Source: an uncultured Bacilli bacterium
Lineage (GTDB): Bacteria; Bacillota_I; Bacilli_A; RFN20; CAG-449
NCBI GenBank assembly: GCA_944332075.1
Contig: CALVJL010000006.1
Location: 30,862-94,861 of the forward strand
Reading direction: 5' to 3'
Length of the DNA: 64,000 nucleotides
A program made the position numbers and the translations under genes. Shown here in pieces: positions 38,999 to 48,954 of this stretch. The notes below the pieces were generated by a model. It was not told the origin of the DNA. It made no database searches and was given only the letters and a program-made list of their open reading frames with translations. Every line of letters starts with the position of its first letter. The stretch's first letter is position 1.

Positions 38999-40357
38999 CT
39001 ATTTTTTAGAAAGTAGTACTACCGTCTCAACATGGAATGTCTGAGGGAACATATCCACAGGTGTGACACTCTTAATTTCATAATAATCTTTTAAATATTT
39101 TAAATCTCTAGCTAAAGTTGCAGGATCACAAGAGACATAAACAATCTTCTTAGGTGATGTTTTAATTAAGCAGTTAAGGAAAGTCTCTGTCGATCCTTTT
39201 CTAGGTGGATCCATAATAACTACATCATAATTAATATTATTTCTCTGCTGATTAACAATAAATTCACCCGCGTCACCTTCATAGAAATAAGCATTTTCAA
39301 TATTATTATTTTTCGCATTCTTAATCGCATCTTGAACCGCGGAAGGTTCAATTTCTACTCCATGAACAAACTTAGCCTTTTTACTAGCTATTAAAGAAAT
39401 CGTTCCAATTCCGCAATAGGCGTCAAGGAGTAAATCATCCTTACTAATTGAAGCTGCTTCAATAGCTAAATTATATAATTTTTCTGTTTGAACAGGATTA
39501 ACCTGATAAAAAGACTTAGGTGAGATTTTAAATAAGATACCATTTAAACTATCTTTAATAAATCCTGGTCCTTTTAAGATTCTTTCCTTTTCACCTAAAA
39601 TAACATTCGTGTCGCGAGAATTAATATTTTGGGTGATAGTCGTTATCTCTGGATGCAATTTTTTTAATTCTTTAATAAAATCATTTCTTCCAGGGAAAGC
39701 ATCTACTGTAGTTACCAATGTCACCATGATTTCTTCAAAATAATGAGAAGGTCTAATTAAGACATGTCTAAAGATACCTGTTCTTTTATCTTCATCATAT
39801 GGTTTTAATTTAAACTTTTTAATTAATAAGCGAATATCTTTAAGAATCTTTTCCGCGCGTTCATCTTCAATATAACAGTTTTCAACCGGGACGATATCAT
39901 GGCTTTTTTCTTTATAAAATCCTGAGACGATTTTACCTTTTAACATCTTTAAAGGTACTTGAACTTTATTACGGTATTTATAAGGATCATCCATTCCAAC
40001 CGTCATATTGACGTTAATGTCCTTAAGCCCTCCAATTCTTGTCAAAGCATCGTGAACTTTCTTTCTTTTATATTCAAGCTGGCCTTGATAAGAAAGATGC
40101 ATCAACGCGCAGCCTCCGCATTTTTCAAAACTTGGGCAAAGAGGAACAACCCTTTTATCTGATGATTTTTCTAAAGAAACTACTTTACCAAAGAAAGTAT
40201 CTTTCTTTTCATAAGTTATTTCTACTATTGCTCTTTCGCCAGGTAAAAGGTTATCAACAAACCCGATTTTTTTATTATAAGAAACGACTCCCTTGCCGTC
40301 GAAAGAGAGATCATAACAATCCATTGATACTTGTAATTTATTCATCATTGCCTCCAA
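38999..40357 (-). CDS. rlmD: 23S rRNA (uracil-C5)-methyltransferase RlmD/RumA family
   Basis: N-terminal TRAM domain, a 4Fe-4S Cys cluster (CPSFEKCGGCALMH), a SAM-binding motif (LDAYCGIGTISL) and a C-terminal catalytic Cys region. Confidence 0.85.
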   Translation of the reverse strand: MEAMMNKLQVSMDCYDLSFDGKGVVSYNKKIGFVDNLLPGERAIVEITYEKKDTFFGKVVSLEKSSDKRVVPLCPSFEKCGGCALMHLSYQGQLEYKRKKVHDALTRIGGLKDINVNMTVGMDDPYKYRNKVQVPLKMLKGKIVSGFYKEKSHDIVPVENCYIEDERAEKILKDIRLLIKKFKLKPYDEDKRTGIFRHVLIRPSHYFEEIMVTLVTTVDAFPGRNDFIKELKKLHPEITTITQNINSRDTNVILGEKERILKGPGFIKDSLNGILFKISPKSFYQVNPVQTEKLYNLAIEAASISKDDLLLDAYCGIGTISLIASKKAKFVHGVEIEPSAVQDAIKNAKNNNIENAYFYEGDAGEFIVNQQRNNINYDVVIMDPPRKGSTETFLNCLIKTSPKKIVYVSCDPATLARDLKYLKDYYEIKSVTPVDMFPQTFHVETVVLLSKK

Positions 40358-40547
40358 AAAGTTAAAACTGAGTTTAAATATAATTAAAATAAAGTTAACA
40401 AATATATTTTAACATAAGACCATCAAAGTTAGAGATAAGCTTTGATAAAACAATTCATAAATTAATTCCCTTTCTCTCCCTACAAATAAATATATCAAAT
40501 AATAATGTTTATCTCACTTGCCGTGATCACTCACGGCATTTTATTTG

Positions 40548-40578
40548 CAATAAAAAAGGTCATCCCGAAGGATGACCC
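40548..40578 (-). terminator. intrinsic terminator downstream of the Big_2 lipoprotein gene
   Basis: ggtcatccc gaa gggatgacc stem (40557-40576), preceded on the plus strand by A6, which is a U-run on the minus transcript. Confidence 0.65.
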
Positions 40579-40594
40579 TACCTATATAATCAAC

Positions 40595-43500
40595 TTAAGC
40601 CTTATTTGCGATAAATGAACCGAAGAAATAAGATGTCTTATTTGTTTCGTTATTCTTAATTTGCATTGAGCAAGTTGTATTGAACTGAATATGTCCATCA
40701 GCAATATAGAAATCAACATATCTAACATTGGTGAATATCATCGCAAATTTGCCAGTACCAGCAGTAAAGGATGTAATGTTATATTCTCTATAGTATTCTC
40801 CACCCATATCGCCTGCTAAAGTATATTCAAACGTTGAAGGGGCATATGCAACACCATTGCTATCTGTAATAACAATTTCACCTGTTCCATCATCTTTGAA
40901 AGTAAGTTTGATATCGACAAGCTCACCATTAGAATTTGCTGAACTTGTATATACATAATTTTGAATATTAACTTCTGAAGGATCGCTGACTTTTTCTAAA
41001 TCAACACCGGCTGTATAAGAATCTTGTTGTCCACCGGTATACATTCTTACAGTTGAGAAATCTCTAGCAACTGATAAAGGTAAATCAGTTCTTAAATACT
41101 TAACAAAAGGACCATTTCTGCCATCATAAGATCCAGAGGTTGCTTTCTCTCCTAATACAAGATAAGTTCCCTCAACTTCAACATAGCCAGCACCACCGGG
41201 CATCTCGTGATCAAGTATACCTTCTGTTCCACCTTTAAGCATAATTTTACCGTCTTCAATTTCAAAATCGATAGTATCGGTATAAACAGCCCCGCTATTA
41301 GTTTGAGTAATAATTAATTTCTTATCTTTAGTGAAGCGGAAATTAGATTCAATACCTAATCCTTGAGTAAGTCCTGGATAGTTATAGCCTCTTTCACCAG
41401 TAATGCCATTAAGAATTTCTTCTTCAGTTAACTGAGGAATAATTTCAATGTGCATTTCAGGAGTTTTAATATTATTGTAGCCAACAATATGGATTGTGAA
41501 AGTATAGCTTCCTTCCTTTAATCCTTTAATACCATATCCCTTCTTGCCATCAGGATTTCCATTGTCATAATGATAAAGCTCTAAAGCATCGGTAACTTTC
41601 TCACCGGTTTTATCATCTGTAACATCTAATGCAAAATCTAAAGCAAGAGTATCTGGTTGAGAATTGAGTAAGAAGGTTTCAGATACATCTCCGACAGCAA
41701 CTTCATCAAAATAATATTCTCCAGCGGTTTGAGTAATATTTGGAGCATCGATAATAATAGCTGTTGGATCCGAGTGATCATTATATCTGACAATAAAGGA
41801 ATTAGTATAACCTTTTGTAGATGTAAGAGTAACTAAGACTTCTCCTAATCTTTCATTTCCTAAATCATCAAAATTATTAGATATGTTATATACTCCACCT
41901 TCGAAAGCTGTGATCTCACAGATATCTTCTGCAGCAGATTCACCGCTTGTAGAAATTGGAGTAGTCGTAATTGTAACATTATCAATAGCTAACGAAGCAT
42001 CTCTATTACCTAAGCTTGTTTGATCAATAGCAAAGGCAAAAGACTGATCTGGTGTCATTTCATAAACTGGATATTGTTTTCCATCGTAAGTTTCGCTAGT
42101 AGGTTCGTATTCTTGAGGGATAAATTTAACATAGTTTTCTGTGTTAGTGAAATTAAATCCATCTCCAGATTCACCTTCCATATTTTTAATAGAGAAGTTT
42201 TGAGCGATATAATATTTTGATAAATCAAGCTTGCCTTCGTATCCGCTATCATCGGAAGCTTTCGCTGCAGAATAAGTAAAGCTCATCTCTTCATTAAGAG
42301 ATTTAGTGACACCGTCATAAACATTTGTAATTGAAAGTTTATAACTAGATAATAATTTTTCATCATTGAAATTAAGTTCTAATGATAAAGTATATTCTCC
42401 AGCATCTTCTGTGCTATTAGATGCATTAAGAACTGTTTTACTTGATTCCTCAGTAACTTCAATCTCACTTCTAATTGCATCATTATTGAAGGCATATAAT
42501 CCAAAATAGGTTTGACCTTTAATAACATTATTCATTAAGTTAAGAATTAATCCAGAAGTATCAAGTTGATAATCATAAGCATATTGATAATTTGTTGAAT
42601 AAAGATCTTCCTTTGATTTACTAATAACCGAAATTGATGGTGAATACATTAAATTATAGTAATTACCATCTTTATTACCATTGAAATAAAGACTTGTTGT
42701 CTCTTCTTCATTATCTACTACCTCAACATAAGAACCATTGCCGAAAAGACGATAATTAGCATCTATATCAGAAATACTAGTTCCCTTAGTGATTTTTCTA
42801 GAAAGAGATATTTCTGTCATTCTTGTCATTTCAGCATATAGAGTTGTTTCCAAAGTAGAAGCAATTTCTGATGGTAATGACAAATTATTATCGATGATAT
42901 CAATATTAACTGAGCCGATAATTTCTTCAGAAATTGATAATCTATAAACGACTTGTAAAGTAATATAAGGAGAACCGGTATCAGCAGAGAAAGCTCTAAT
43001 AGCCCGGCATTCACCGGTTTCAGAATCGACATCGATATAATTAGAATACGCTATTGAAGAAGAACTGCTTTCAGCAACGCGATAGAAGACTTCAAAAGCA
43101 GGGACAGGATTAGGTACATCGCAAACATATTTAAGGTTGAAAACAGTGTTCGCATTAATTTCATATAATCCTTTTTCTGAATTAAAGATAACGTCTTCAT
43201 TTTCATCGATAGAAACAGTGATTGCTGTTGGCTTGCTAGTTGGTGCATTAACAGTTAATGACCAAGTTCCGCTCACTGTAGGATTGATAACGCTAGTAGC
43301 GGTAATAGTAACACTACCCGCTTTAACGCCTGTTACGACTCCGCTATCAGAAACAGTAGCAATTGTATCATCAGAGCTCGACCAAGTAACGGAATTAGTT
43401 TCATCACCGGTAACACCAGCAACTAATGTTACAGTTTGACCAACATTAACAGTCTTTGGTCCATTGATAACAACCGAAGTAATTGAATCTGGATTCGCAC

Positions 43501-43615
43501 TAGTTTGGGTACTACCCGAAGAAATACTAGGAGATGATGTATTTCCATTACATCCCGCTAGCGATGTAAGTGCAGCTACGCTGAGCAAAGCGATAAATAA
43601 ATTAGATTTTTTCAT
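40595..43615 (-). CDS. large surface lipoprotein with N-terminal bacterial Ig-like (Big_2) domain
   Basis: Lipobox LAGC. The segment ITSVVINGPKTVNVGQTVTLVAGVTGDETNSVTWSSSDDTIATVSDSGVVTGVKAGSVTITATS is a canonical Big_2 domain. 1006 aa. Confidence 0.6.
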   Translation of the reverse strand: MKKSNLFIALLSVAALTSLAGCNGNTSSPSISSGSTQTSANPDSITSVVINGPKTVNVGQTVTLVAGVTGDETNSVTWSSSDDTIATVSDSGVVTGVKAGSVTITATSVINPTVSGTWSLTVNAPTSKPTAITVSIDENEDVIFNSEKGLYEINANTVFNLKYVCDVPNPVPAFEVFYRVAESSSSSIAYSNYIDVDSETGECRAIRAFSADTGSPYITLQVVYRLSISEEIIGSVNIDIIDNNLSLPSEIASTLETTLYAEMTRMTEISLSRKITKGTSISDIDANYRLFGNGSYVEVVDNEEETTSLYFNGNKDGNYYNLMYSPSISVISKSKEDLYSTNYQYAYDYQLDTSGLILNLMNNVIKGQTYFGLYAFNNDAIRSEIEVTEESSKTVLNASNSTEDAGEYTLSLELNFNDEKLLSSYKLSITNVYDGVTKSLNEEMSFTYSAAKASDDSGYEGKLDLSKYYIAQNFSIKNMEGESGDGFNFTNTENYVKFIPQEYEPTSETYDGKQYPVYEMTPDQSFAFAIDQTSLGNRDASLAIDNVTITTTPISTSGESAAEDICEITAFEGGVYNISNNFDDLGNERLGEVLVTLTSTKGYTNSFIVRYNDHSDPTAIIIDAPNITQTAGEYYFDEVAVGDVSETFLLNSQPDTLALDFALDVTDDKTGEKVTDALELYHYDNGNPDGKKGYGIKGLKEGSYTFTIHIVGYNNIKTPEMHIEIIPQLTEEEILNGITGERGYNYPGLTQGLGIESNFRFTKDKKLIITQTNSGAVYTDTIDFEIEDGKIMLKGGTEGILDHEMPGGAGYVEVEGTYLVLGEKATSGSYDGRNGPFVKYLRTDLPLSVARDFSTVRMYTGGQQDSYTAGVDLEKVSDPSEVNIQNYVYTSSANSNGELVDIKLTFKDDGTGEIVITDSNGVAYAPSTFEYTLAGDMGGEYYREYNITSFTAGTGKFAMIFTNVRYVDFYIADGHIQFNTTCSMQIKNNETNKTSYFFGSFIANKA

Positions 43616-43635
43616 TGTAAATCCCCCTAAATTAT

Positions 43636-45657
43636 CTATTGATTAAGATAATTATCAATGACATCAATATTGGAATGTCCAACATCAAAATAAGTAAAGC
43701 TAGTCCAAAGTTCGTTTCCTGTCGAATTTTCATAAACGAAGAGATAGAACGTAACTTTATTCATATCATATTGAACTTCGTTATCGGCTTTTTTGCATGT
43801 TTGGAATCCAACCATGAATGGTGTGTAGTAGTTTCCAAGAATTGAAGCAAAATATGTATTAGCCCAAGCTAAGACACTTGATTTAGTATTAGCCCAAACT
43901 GATAAATCACCAACTGATGATACGACATAACTTTCCGGATTATATAAATCTTCTCTAACTTGAGCAGTGGCTTCTTCATCAACAGTAGTACTATTTTTGT
44001 AGACTGTTGGAGCAGACATATAAGCTAAATCGTTTGATGCGTTAAAGCTATAACCAGTACCCGGTAATACGGCATTGAAATTGCTTTGAAGTGATACTTC
44101 AAGGTTGTCATCATCGCCAGTTGAAAGAGTAAATTCTTTAACCCCATCACTATTAATGTATCCAACACCGCCGCTTAAAGAACTATTAGTATGCGCATAG
44201 TTATAATCTTTATTGTAAACATATTTAGAAATATCAAAATTACCTTCACCATAAAGATATTCTGAATAATTATGGGTTGAGAATAAATTCATCATTTCCA
44301 TGAATTCATCTTTGGATTGAGTTGAGGCATCTTCACCAGTTTTAAGCAATCTATCGACAGCTTTAACATTAGTTTTATTGAGATCTTTAAATGTCAAACG
44401 ACCTGTGCCCTTATCAACTTTACTAGCTCTATCGTAGTAATCAAATTCAACAGAGAAAGTATCTGCATTCATATCATCGACAGTGATTGTAATATCGTCG
44501 ACCATATAAGTATCATCATATGGAGCAGTAGCTAAATTAGCAATTGCAGAAATAAATTGCGTATCGGTAATATGATAGACAGTTTTATTACCAACAACAT
44601 CTTTATATCCAATTAAATTAGACGGGGAAACGCTAAGGAATGACGTACCAATTCTTTCATTCCATAAATCTGTACATACTTCACTAGATGAAGCCATATA
44701 TGCAGAAACGAAATCAACATTGTTTTCTTGATCGACGTTATATTGCATAACAACGCCTTGATATTCAACATAACCAACGCCTTTTCTTTCATCATCGCCG
44801 TTAACGTGGAATTCAGTGTCATCAGTATAACGGATATCAACTGTGCTGCCCGGACCATATTCAGCAACGTCTTCTAAATCGACATGAACTGTATAATTTG
44901 TAGAAACAAACCATGGAAGCATGAAAGCAACAAAGCGGTCATCAACATAATCTTTTGCTGTTCCGCCATTATCTAAATATTCTTTTACATCTTCAATTTC
45001 TGTATTTCCGATGTTATAGAATCTTGCAGTGACTGTATCTTTATGTGTTTCATCATAAACAATACCAACACCTTCACTTACAAGAGAGTTGCCGACAACT
45101 TGGAATCTTAAAGAAGAAGGGTTAGCAGATCCTCTAGAATAAAGCATAGTTAAAGAGTTTAAAGCCTCATTATTTTCTGCAGTATTACTGGAGTAATCAT
45201 AAACGAAATATCCATCTTCTTCAGTAACAACTATTTCATCGATATTTAAAGATTTAAAGGTTACTTGATAATCAGCAATATCCATGTAACGAAGTCCAGA
45301 ATAGTAATCAACTACTGGAGCTAACGAATTAATTTTTCCGTCTGCAGATCTTGTATAAGGGAATACTAATTCATCACCTTGAGCAACGCTATGAAAACCT
45401 AAATAACCATCCGATTCAATAGCATAATCGGTGTATTTTACTTGTTGGGTAGTAATACCGGATTGAGAAGCATAACTCCTCTCATAATCAACTGTGAAAG
45501 AATTATGTGCCAAGGTATAAAACATTTTTTGAAGGCTATTATATCCTTGGACAGGATCTGTTGTCGAGACAGAAGAATTTGGAGTGGATGAAGTTCCTCC
45601 GCAGGCAGTGAACAGAAATATTGAGGCAGCAAATAAAGTTAGAATTTTTTTATTCAT
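43636..45657 (-). CDS. lipoprotein, hypothetical
   Basis: Signal peptide with lipobox (LFTAC). 673 aa. Confidence 0.5.
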   Translation of the reverse strand: MNKKILTLFAASIFLFTACGGTSSTPNSSVSTTDPVQGYNSLQKMFYTLAHNSFTVDYERSYASQSGITTQQVKYTDYAIESDGYLGFHSVAQGDELVFPYTRSADGKINSLAPVVDYYSGLRYMDIADYQVTFKSLNIDEIVVTEEDGYFVYDYSSNTAENNEALNSLTMLYSRGSANPSSLRFQVVGNSLVSEGVGIVYDETHKDTVTARFYNIGNTEIEDVKEYLDNGGTAKDYVDDRFVAFMLPWFVSTNYTVHVDLEDVAEYGPGSTVDIRYTDDTEFHVNGDDERKGVGYVEYQGVVMQYNVDQENNVDFVSAYMASSSEVCTDLWNERIGTSFLSVSPSNLIGYKDVVGNKTVYHITDTQFISAIANLATAPYDDTYMVDDITITVDDMNADTFSVEFDYYDRASKVDKGTGRLTFKDLNKTNVKAVDRLLKTGEDASTQSKDEFMEMMNLFSTHNYSEYLYGEGNFDISKYVYNKDYNYAHTNSSLSGGVGYINSDGVKEFTLSTGDDDNLEVSLQSNFNAVLPGTGYSFNASNDLAYMSAPTVYKNSTTVDEEATAQVREDLYNPESYVVSSVGDLSVWANTKSSVLAWANTYFASILGNYYTPFMVGFQTCKKADNEVQYDMNKVTFYLFVYENSTGNELWTSFTYFDVGHSNIDVIDNYLNQ

Positions 45658-45658
45658 T

Positions 45659-47386
45659 CTAGTTTCCTCCTAATAATGAGTTGTAAACATCAGTAATATC
45701 ACTGACATTAGTCGTTCCAAAGTCAGTTAAGTGATAAGAATATGTGCTATCGCCATCTGGTCCTTGGAATGAGACTGAAAGATCAGCGCCGGTTATCTTT
45801 TCACCATCTTTTTCAATAATTAAATCGGTTTGATAGATATAATCAATCCATGTTGTTGTCGATTGGAAACCATAACCGAATAAAGTAGAAGCTATCGCAT
45901 AGATAACATCATCTTTTCTTGAATAATAATGATTATCTTCATGTACATCTTTTTCAAAATAGTAACGACCTAACTCTTGGAAAATTGTTGAAGATGTATA
46001 GAATGTTGCCGTTCCGTTAATCAAGGTATCGCCAGGTGTAGCAAACCAATCATCATAGAATTTAAAGCCCATTTCACCAGTAGTACCATCTATTTCACCA
46101 TAGACATAAGCTTTATTAGTTTCCGTAACAATATAGATGTTGCTCTCGTTTAAATCTTCTTCCGGAATATTTTTTAAATCTGCTTCTGTGGCAACTTCAA
46201 TATATTTTCCTCCGCTAATCTCGTTTGGACCGATAAACGAAGTAAAATAGACCTTGCCATCAATATAAGCAAATTCATAGACAGAAGAGTATTCTTTACT
46301 GACAGTTTCTTTAACTGTCATAGTATTTAAATCATAGAGATCAACTTTAGTATTGGCAGGTAAAAGCATTCTGCCCCAGTCATTGTATCCTGATTGATTG
46401 TATTGATCATCGAAATCAATAAGGAAATATTTATCGTTAATATATGCTGAGAAAGTTCCCGGATTAGTGCCGATTTCAGTCTTAAGCGTAATATCTTTAA
46501 TCGTATAATTATTATTTGATAAAGTATTTTCAAATAAGGTAGCTACATCTTGATAATAAGCGACACCTCTTAATTCTCCTGAAGTTAATTGGTCATCAAT
46601 AAAAGAATATTTAGTTTCTTCATGTGGAGTTAATTTACTAACAATTGTTCCATTTACCCCAAGATCAACAGTTACTTGGCAAGTTAACGCTTCTTCATCA
46701 AGAATCGTTAATTCAACTCCAGTCATCAAAGTAGAAATTGAAGTTCCAACCTGTGTCATGAATTGGAAAATTACTTGAGATGAACTTGAATCAATACGAT
46801 ATTCATTTTCACTCATCTTAACACCTACGAGTTCATCAAGTGTTTCAGAATGGAAATTATGAAGCCCAGCAACGCCAAAAGCACCAAATACTTCAGTAAT
46901 TGGTGATACTTCATCGTTTGATAATGTTGAATATTCATAAAGTGATGGAATAACCTTTATTTCATCGCTTTCGGTTTCTGCGTATATGTAAAAAACGTTT
47001 TTATCTGCACCTTCATAAGCTTCTTCAGCATAACCAAAAGAATCATCTGGATAATCAAGATTTTCTTCATAAAAATAATGATTACCATAATAATCAATTA
47101 CGCTTTCAGTAATAGCTGTTCCATCATCAGAAATGTAATTATAGGTGGTTTCATAAGTATAAGTTCTAACCTTCATTAACTTTTCAAGGAATGATTTAAG
47201 TTTAGAAATATCATTAGAAACATTATCGACATCTGTATCGACTTGTCCTCCACCCATTTCATCGTCAGTGACGAATTCTGGTCCTGAAGAATTTCCAGTA
47301 GGAGAAGAAGTAACTTGTCCGCATGAAGCTAAAATTAAAAGTGAAGAAGACGCTAAAAGTAATGAGGCTAAAAGTTTCTTTTTCAT
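45659..47386 (-). CDS. lipoprotein, hypothetical
   Basis: Signal peptide with lipobox (ILASC). 575 aa. Its start is 1 nt from the upstream stop. Confidence 0.5.
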   Translation of the reverse strand: MKKKLLASLLLASSSLLILASCGQVTSSPTGNSSGPEFVTDDEMGGGQVDTDVDNVSNDISKLKSFLEKLMKVRTYTYETTYNYISDDGTAITESVIDYYGNHYFYEENLDYPDDSFGYAEEAYEGADKNVFYIYAETESDEIKVIPSLYEYSTLSNDEVSPITEVFGAFGVAGLHNFHSETLDELVGVKMSENEYRIDSSSSQVIFQFMTQVGTSISTLMTGVELTILDEEALTCQVTVDLGVNGTIVSKLTPHEETKYSFIDDQLTSGELRGVAYYQDVATLFENTLSNNNYTIKDITLKTEIGTNPGTFSAYINDKYFLIDFDDQYNQSGYNDWGRMLLPANTKVDLYDLNTMTVKETVSKEYSSVYEFAYIDGKVYFTSFIGPNEISGGKYIEVATEADLKNIPEEDLNESNIYIVTETNKAYVYGEIDGTTGEMGFKFYDDWFATPGDTLINGTATFYTSSTIFQELGRYYFEKDVHEDNHYYSRKDDVIYAIASTLFGYGFQSTTTWIDYIYQTDLIIEKDGEKITGADLSVSFQGPDGDSTYSYHLTDFGTTNVSDITDVYNSLLGGN

Positions 47387-48954
47387 TAATTGTTACCTCC
47401 GTTAATTGATTTAATAGTTACTACTGAAGAAAAATGATCTCCGTTATTAAAAGTATTTTCGTTTAAGAAGAAATTTTCTCCATATTTTTCCATAGAGAAG
47501 GAATCTCCAGCTTTAAAAAGACTATTGCTAGTTTGATATCCTCCATAAGAGAAGGTATTAACATTTTTCTTTTCAATCATTCTAATTTCATCACAAGGAT
47601 AATACTTCAAATCCAAATTAAGATTTGTATAGTATTGATCAGCGCTTATAGAATTTGTAATCGGTGTGATTAAGCGATTATTTTCATCGATTGTCTCACC
47701 ATTATATTCGGTAGTTATAACTGTATTATCGCTTTGTTTCTCAACCAAGAATTTACGGTTATCAACGTGATAGATTCTTACACCGATATCATCGCTAGCT
47801 AAAGGTCTATCTTCAGAAATCTGAATCTGCGAATCTTGATATGAAAGTCCATCATTAGTATATAATTCAATCAAAATATATTCTGAGAATGGATCAAATT
47901 CATTATTATTGATTACAGTTTCATCACTAGGGATAACAATGAGGTTATTTTCTTTGCTCATTGATTCTAAAGTAATAGTCGCATTACCAGTGACAATATA
48001 AGGCTTAGTCCATCCAAGCAACATCTTTGAATAATTGTTATGATCAATAACGTTAGCATCCATCATATCAATTTTTCCAATAGGGTTATATGTAACCCGG
48101 TCTGAATAATAATCATTTAATCCTAAGAAATGACCTGTTTCATGGATAAATGTATGAGCGTCAACCTTATCTTGTCCGTATCCTTCGTACATAAAATCAT
48201 AAGAAGCCCATCCAAACAAATTGTAATAATATTCATTATTAGCTGGATTACCTTCTTTATCTTGATTACCCCAGGTGGTATAAGCCCAGTAATTTTGATC
48301 ATCGGTCATTGGTCCGTTTTTAGAATAGTCTTCTGCTGAATAAACGCACCAAACACCATCGATAAATCCATCATTATCGCTATCAAAATCGCGGACATTG
48401 AGATTTTGTGTTGATAAAGCCCAATTAACTGCAGCTTCTACAACTTTATATGTTTCAGAAATAGTTATTTCGTTTGCGCTTGAATAAAGAGTTGAAGCAT
48501 CAAACCAATCAGTGACAGTTCCGCTTAAATTTAATTTTCCGAAAGAACTTTCTTTATAGAAAGAACTGACGCTTTGCCAACCTGTTTCATCGCTAGTTCC
48601 AAAGAAAGCTGTTTTGATATCTTCTTTTACAATATCTTGTTTTTCTTCATCAGTAGTTCCTTTAGGGAATGTTCTATTTTCAAAATCGGTATATCCTGGG
48701 ATTAAAATAGGAATTACCAAAACATTAACATCGCCTGTTGAAGGTAAAACTTGGGTATTGTAATAGCGTTTGCCTTCTAAAGAATGTAAAGTTTCAGAAA
48801 CTGTAACATCTTCTGGGTTAATAACGCTTCCAGTTTTAGCTTGATTAGTAATTTCGATAACTGCGCTTTTTTCGCCAGTATTAGAAGGCGTTCCCGCACA
48901 ACCGACAAGCATAACGATACCGGCTAAAGCTAAAATAGGTGTAGATTTACGCAT
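47386..48954 (-). CDS. lipoprotein, putative zinc metallopeptidase (HExxH...GLxDxY, M6/M64-like)
   Basis: Lipobox MLVGC and the motif FIHETGHFLGLNDYY. Paralogous to 48947..50701 and 56403..58001. Confidence 0.6.
   Translation of the reverse strand: MRKSTPILALAGIVMLVGCAGTPSNTGEKSAVIEITNQAKTGSVINPEDVTVSETLHSLEGKRYYNTQVLPSTGDVNVLVIPILIPGYTDFENRTFPKGTTDEEKQDIVKEDIKTAFFGTSDETGWQSVSSFYKESSFGKLNLSGTVTDWFDASTLYSSANEITISETYKVVEAAVNWALSTQNLNVRDFDSDNDGFIDGVWCVYSAEDYSKNGPMTDDQNYWAYTTWGNQDKEGNPANNEYYYNLFGWASYDFMYEGYGQDKVDAHTFIHETGHFLGLNDYYSDRVTYNPIGKIDMMDANVIDHNNYSKMLLGWTKPYIVTGNATITLESMSKENNLIVIPSDETVINNNEFDPFSEYILIELYTNDGLSYQDSQIQISEDRPLASDDIGVRIYHVDNRKFLVEKQSDNTVITTEYNGETIDENNRLITPITNSISADQYYTNLNLDLKYYPCDEIRMIEKKNVNTFSYGGYQTSNSLFKAGDSFSMEKYGENFFLNENTFNNGDHFSSVVTIKSINGGNN

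Noticed and set aside
40039-40365. Plus-strand 108-aa ORF and a 67-aa ORF overlapping rlmD
   Set aside because: They are antisense to a conserved housekeeping gene. The products are basic low-complexity translations with no support.
40519-40545. Second hairpin gccgtgatcactcacggc plus T-run, oriented as a plus-strand terminator, upstream of rlmD
   Set aside because: No plus-strand gene ends here. It may simply form the other face of the bidirectional terminator region that serves the lipoprotein operon, or it may act as an insulator. There is not enough evidence to call a separate feature.
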